Origin: Octopus vulgaris
Taxonomy: Eukaryota
DNA length: 64,000 nt
NCBI GenBank assembly: GCA_951406725.2
Contig: OX597815.1
Coordinates: 79,546,001 to 79,610,000 of the forward strand
Direction: 5' to 3'
Below are positions 58,130 to 64,000 of the stretch, piece by piece. The notes under the pieces were generated by a model. It worked only from the letters and a program-made list of their open reading frames with translations, made no database searches and had not been told where the DNA came from. Numbering within the stretch: position 1 is the stretch's first letter; each line of letters opens with the position of its first letter. A program made the position numbers and the translations under genes.

Positions 58130-58191
58130 TCTATAAAATAAATATATATATGAAACTCCTTCATGCCCAAGGTACCATAAAAACCCCGAAC

Positions 58192-58230
<39 letters not shown>

Positions 58231-58233
<3 letters not shown>

Positions 58234-58400
58234 CACAGGCGTGACTATATGGTAAGAAGCTTGCTTCCCAACCGCATGGTTCGGGGTTCAGTTTCGCTGC
58301 TTGGTACCTTGGGCATGTATTTTCTACTAAAGCCTCGGGCCGACCACAATCAAGCCTTGTGAGTGGATTTGGTAGGCGGAAACTGAAAGAAGTTCGTCTA
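58231..58400 (+). mobile_element. SINE family B head
   Basis: Almost identical to the reverse of 57675-57842. Confidence 0.85.
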
Positions 58401-58404
58401 TATA

Positions 58405-58466
<62 letters not shown>

Positions 58467-58496
58467 GGGTGGGTTTGTATGATTGTATATAGAAGA

Positions 58497-58911
58497 ATAT
58501 ATTACTCAAAGGAATTCCAACTCTGTTTGTTATGTTTTATTTACATTCTTATATTAATATAGGTTATAGAATATAGAATATATAGTAAGAAAGAAATGAA
58601 ATGAAGTATTGATTGTCTTATTGAACAAATGAAATATTAAATGTCTATTCTCATTGAACTAGTATACTTTCTTGCATTTAAGCATTCATCAGGTTCAGAT
58701 TGTAACAGGAACGCTTCGACTGAACGCACAGTCTATTCAATGAGAATAGATATTTAATATTTAATTTTCAATATTTCATTTGTTCAATAAGTCAATCAAT
58801 ACTTCATTTCATTTCTTTCTTACTATATATTCTATATTCTATATCCTATATTAATATTATAAGAATATAAACAAAACATAAAAACAGACAGAGTTAGAAT
58901 TCCTTTGAGTA

Positions 58912-58916
<5 letters not shown>
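58497..58916. mobile_element. PLE-type foldback with about 160-180-bp inverted arms
   Basis: 58497-58658 is the imperfect reverse complement of 58736-58916; TA tracts on both sides. Confidence 0.8.
58655..58697 (-). ncRNA. Predicted minimal type I hammerhead ribozyme
   Basis: Minus tgaac-CUGAUGA-a tgc ttaaat gca a-GAAAg tata CUA-gttca; palindromic stem III AGTATACT. Confidence 0.75.
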
Positions 58917-58942
<26 letters not shown>

Positions 58943-59237
58943 TTATTACTTAACCACCCGTAATATAAAACTGCAGTTTAGAATATTTTAATGCTTTTAT
59001 TTTTCACTCTATCTGGAAGGGCTGCAGAGGGTAGAATCTATTCAATGCTGTTGTAGTTGTTTAGACCTGATCTAGTATTTCTATGATTAATGGCATTCCA
59101 AGTGTGACCACTCTGTATGTTATATAAATTGTCGAATCTTCCTCCTTTTTTTTTAAGACGGAGAGGTTTTATGTGGTGCAGAATTAGCCGCTATTTCAAA
59201 GTTGGTCGAGCATATACCATAAAGGTTCTCTTATTAG

Positions 59238-59297
<60 letters not shown>

Positions 59298-59299
<2 letters not shown>

Positions 59300-59578
59300 C
59301 TGTAAAATAATATGTGACAATTATTCAGTAGCCAAGAGTTTCGGATGCCGAGGTGGAAATCCACACCACCATATCTTCGGTTATCTCTTTGTTTTTGAAA
59401 AAGGTAGAGAGAGAAAGAAAAGCAAAGCAAAGAGAAGGGGGAATTAGAAGCCCCGAAATACAGAGAGCCATAAATGAGCAGATAACCGAAGAAATGGTCT
59501 GTGGATTTTCACCTCGGCATCCGAAACTCAGAGTTTTATCTTGGCTACTGAATAATTGTCACATATTATTTTACAGAT
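59298..59578 (+). mobile_element. PLE-type foldback with variant hammerhead and RT scrap
   Basis: Inverted arms 59298-59386/59480-59578; spacer encodes SPEIQRAINEQ shared with 61070-61165. Confidence 0.75.
59480..59541 (+). ncRNA. Variant type I hammerhead (core CCGAAGA)
   Basis: agataa-CCGAAGA-...-GAAActc a gaGUU-ttatct. Confidence 0.55.
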
Positions 59579-59624
59579 AAATTCCTCTATTTACATAATA
59601 TTTATATATATATATTTATATATA

Positions 59625-59687
<63 letters not shown>

Positions 59688-59689
<2 letters not shown>

Positions 59690-60468
59690 CATATATTTTA
59701 TTTATTACACTATTGTATGACTGAGCGCCTTCGTGTCGATTCGATTCGTTTGGTTTCGTTTCGTTTCTTCTTTTTCTCTAAGCTGGTTTTTATATATAAT
59801 TATGACGCGAAACTCTATAACTCCTTCTTCTCTCTTTCTTTCACCCTTTTTGCTTCCTTCCTCTCTATCTCTCTCTCTCTCACTCCTCATCTCTCTCACA
59901 GCCGGGTCTACGAACTTCCTTTCGCCGATGGCCTTATTCAAGTAAACATGTTTCTTCCTGCGCTCGTGAAAAAATTTTTTTCCTCGTCTAGGCTTATAGG
60001 CCCTCTTTATTTGTTTTCCTGTCCTGTTTCTATTCTTTCTTGTACTGTATTTTTTGTAATTGTATTTTTATTTTGTATTTGTTTTTATTGTATTGTTTTT
60101 ACGTCCTGTTTTTGTCACATTTTTCCCTTGTTTTTACCCCCTGCAAAGGAATTTTATTTAATTCTTTCGCAGGAAGGATTAGTTCGACGAGACGTGTTCT
60201 GTCCTCACCTTCGAAACACGCTGGAGTTGAACTAGGGACAGCTGATGAAGGGGATTTTTCCTTGTGTAGTTGTCTTATACTCTGTTTTTTCGTTGTTAAA
60301 AAAATGATCCGTTCCATGCTGTTTTTACGTTTTCGTTTCTCATTGAGTTCTACGTCTATTTGTGATGTCCTGTACACACGTATATATATTTATATATGCA
60401 TGTATATATACATGTAGATGTAGGTACGTACATATATGTTTGTATGTATGCATATATTTTATTTATTA

Positions 60469-60474
<6 letters not shown>
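59688..60474 (+). mobile_element. Non-coding 761-bp unit with 26-bp terminal direct repeat (pLTR/retrozyme-like)
   Basis: tgcatatattttatttattacactat at 59688-59713 and 60449-60474; embedded in (TA)n; contains a predicted ribozyme. Confidence 0.65.
60180..60253 (+). ncRNA. Predicted hammerhead ribozyme, non-circularly permuted strand order
   Basis: cgtGUU 60193-60198; stem I ctgtcc/ggacag; ccttc-GAAA-cacg 60208-60220; CUGAUGA 60242-60248; agggg; outer helix tagttcgac/gttgaacta. Confidence 0.75.
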
Positions 60475-60501
<27 letters not shown>

Positions 60502-60503
<2 letters not shown>

Positions 60504-60735
60504 GGCGCGTGGCTTAGTGGTTAGGGCATTCGGCTCACGATTGTAAGGTCGTGAGTTCGATTCCCGGCGACGCATTGTGTCCTTAAGCAAGAAACTTTAT
60601 TTCAAGCTGCTCCAGTCCACTCAGCTGGCAAAAATGAGTTGTACCTGTATTTCTGTGTTACGCTGAATCTCCACGTTAATTTCACGAGCAGGCTGTTCCG
60701 TTGATCGTATCAGTTAGGACCCTCGTCGTCGTAAT
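60502..60735 (+). mobile_element. tRNA-derived SINE family C
   Basis: A box tggcttagtggttagg, B box gagttcgattccc; 3' part related to 7035-7215. Confidence 0.85.
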
Positions 60736-60814
60736 TCCTCTCTCTCTCTCTCTATCTATCAGCTTATCTACCTGCGTATACTTCTATCTATCTATCTCCA
60801 TTGTTTCTCTACTC

Positions 60815-61165
60815 AGCGTTTGACTACTTCCAGGCCCAAAGTGTAAGGTATATTGATATAAAGGTCGGTGACATCAATGCTTGTAAGTATAGTAGGTGGA
60901 ATGTACTGGAGGAAATCTATGCCGTCTCGTATATAGTTGGGTATAAATGAGCATAAAAGTTTTAGAGGTATGACAAAAATGACTCAGTTGTTGTGTTGTT
61001 GTTTGAGGTCAAGCAACTATTGGTCTCAGTTTGAGGTCAATAGGCTTCAGATTTTTAAGTACTGGTTCCTCTGCTCATTTATGGCTCTCTGTATTTCGGG
61101 GCTTCTATTTTCCTCCATTCTTTGCTTTTCTTTCTTTCTCTCTCTCTACCTTTTACAAAAACAAG
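60815..61165 (-). mobile_element. Penelope-like reverse transcriptase fragment
   Basis: Minus SPEIQRAINEQ, DLKLRPIVA, FIPNYIRDGIDFLQYIP, TILTSIDVTDLYINIP (RT motifs 1-3, frameshifted). Confidence 0.8.
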
Positions 61166-61758
61166 CAAAAAACAAAAACACGAACAATATTCTCCTCTTC
61201 TAAATAGAGCAAAAGAGAAAAAAACAACAACATCCGAATCATATAAATGCACAACGAAACGTTTTGTTTTTGCCATTTTGATTTTGATTTTGTTTTTGTT
61301 TTGACGAGTTCGAAAAACGAACAAAAGAGCTAATAAAAGATTATCCAAAATTCTGACTGCTTCCTTTTTCTCAATACATACATACATACATACATACATA
61401 CATACATACATACATACATACATACATACATACATACATACATACATACATACATACATACATACATACATACATACACACACACATACATACATAGATA
61501 TTCATATTGACAGATGGGGAGAAATAAAGATAGATAAACGGTCAGGTAGATAGGTAGATAAAAAGATATGAATCAGCTAGATAAAAAGATATGAATATGT
61601 ATAGATAAATAGAAAGATAGATAAATATGTTGACATTCGCAGAGAGAATGAAGAACTGTTGATTAGACGCATATTGCAAAGCAAAAACTGGAGAGGGAAT
61701 GGCAAGATGGATAGAAAGAGATATAAAGATAAATATATTGACAGGCCTGGCAGACAGT

Positions 61759-61801
<43 letters not shown>

Positions 61802-62144
61802 AAGTTTTAAAGCATTTCTGGCAGTGTAACATGAAGTGCCAATAAATGCTATTATACTATTAGCGAACATTAAAAGGGATAAATGAAATGAGGCGTGCAG
61901 GAAGGCTGTTTAACGCCTGAGTAAGAAAGTGAAGATGTATCTTTAAGACATGGAGAGGGGCTCACTGTTCAGTTTCAAGTTAACTTCCTTTTTATTGACT
62001 TACCCGATTCCTTTTACACAGAGCAATGGGACATAGTTTGCCATATGTAACCCCTTTTTTCTGTCTTAAGCGGCGTACTTCAAATACAAAGTCAAATAAA
62101 GGAGAGGCCTCAACATATGTGTTGCAAAAAGACAATACCTGTTG

Positions 62145-62500
<356 letters not shown>

Positions 62501-62544
62501 ATCTAGGCATAAATACATGTATGTATGTTTGTATGTATGTATGG

Positions 62545-63005
62545 GATAGTTCAACCCAGTCGACAAGACTTTTTGCGTTAAGAGAGCTCCCTGTATTTGC
62601 AAACATGTGGTTGAGTTGGTGTGTTGGTTGAACTGCCTATGCACATACATAAGTGTGTGCATCTATTCACATAAGAATCTCAGATGGAGAATCTTTGGAA
62701 TGTCTCACAAATCTTCACTGTACCACTAATAGATTGGATTGGGAGAATCCAAGTCAGTTTCTTTTGCTCTTTTACCGTGAAATCAAGTATTTCTAGGTTT
62801 TTGTGCAAATTTTTTGGTACATAACCTAATGCACCTATGATGAGCTTCATAGTCAGTATACAAGAGCTGTCAGTTCTGCATTAATTCGCCATAAATGTTC
62901 TCTTTTTCCTGAACCTCAGATTGTACATTTACATCTCTTAAGCAGCTGACCTCTACAACAGCGCATGACTTTTGTTCCCCTTCCTATAGAACAATATCAG
63001 GTTTA
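62545..63005 (-). mobile_element. R4/Dong-like RLE retrotransposon 3' fragment (third family)
   Basis: Minus KPDIVL...CAVVEVSC...QEKENIYGEL...LIIGALGYVPKNLHKNLEILDF...QSISGTVKICETFQRF; 3' end abuts TACA repeats. Confidence 0.8.
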
Positions 63006-64000
63006 TAGATTGTTGGGAGTGTTGAAGTGTCAGACGAGCTGTCTTGCATCACTGTTCTGGCTTAGCGAATTCTGAATTCAAATCCGGCCCCGCCACCAAA
63101 CGGCGACAGCAAAAAAAAAAAAAAAGGGATTATATTTTCCTTGGCTTTATGGGAAAATCAGCTACCACCAGCATCAATGAAAGATCAGGTCTGGTATGGA
63201 GGCATGTGTCATTTCAGAGCATTGTTGTATTGTCGGTAAATTCCTGGGGCCTCCCAGGCGACCCGTCGAGTCCAAGTCAGTCCCCATCTCCGCGAGATAC
63301 CTCCTCATCTGCCATAATCATGTAGCATGTGGTCGATCAACACAAGCCGTCAGCCCAGCCGGATCTTCAGTGAAGAGAACATGGTAAGCAAAATCTAACT
63401 CGGAAAATCGCGCAGTATAGCACTCCCAAATCATACAAGGAACAGGATGCGGCCCAGTTTCAGAGTAGAGTATTTTTGGGGGTACAAAATCCGACCAATG
63501 GTTATGGATTATCACTAGTGGGATCAACGAAAGGATAGTCAATAAAAAGGGTACTTCGAACAAAAGTTATTTACCTCCCATTAAGCCGAAGCAAATGTAG
63601 CCAATTGATAAATATAGCTCAATAAATTGGTATGGTTAATAATCCTTTACTTGAAATTCTGAAATATGACACCTTCCAAAATGGAAAAAATCTACATACT
63701 TCTCTTTTTAAACATTTTATAACACCTAACTGGCTTTTTAAAACTACCAAACAGTGAGGAATATCTTTCATAAGCGTACAACGTAGCAGTTCCATTTTCG
63801 TAAAAGTGGTTTTCAAATGGATTTGCTTCTCTATAATATAAAAGTACTTTGGTTTATGATAAAACTACACATATGAGTCTAAAGCTGCTCGAGCATTGAC
63901 TATGAATTATTACATCTTTACATGAACATTATTTTCTTTATTGTAATTTCTATACCAATGGTATTTTCGTTTGTTTCAGTTTTATTGTTGGAGTATTATT

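Noticed and set aside
63040-64000. Possible LINE or transposase remnants at the window end
   Set aside because: No diagnostic motif could be read confidently

Overview
AT-rich eukaryotic intronic/intergenic DNA, most likely cephalopod (Octopus-like, inferred from SINE content and extreme microsatellite density). No intact protein-coding gene is visible; nearly all listed ORFs are microsatellite artefacts, and two lone exon candidates are weak. The window is a mosaic of (TA)n/(TACA)n/(CA)n tracts, three tRNA-derived SINE families, decayed Tc1, mariner, DD41D and hAT transposons, an L1/Tx1-like fragment, several R4/Dong-like RLE retrotransposon fragments (mostly ending in TACA tracts) and Penelope-like (PLE) remnants with inverted pLTRs. 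The main hidden signal is a set of predicted hammerhead ribozymes in short elements embedded in TA tracts: minimal type I forms, core variants (CUGUNGA, CCGAAGA), and two unrelated-in-sequence hammerheads with a non-circularly permuted, pseudoknotted strand order (662-736, 60180-60253). The second lies in a 761-bp unit bounded by direct repeats (retrozyme-like). All calls are by eye; ends of decayed elements are approximate and ribozyme activity is untested.
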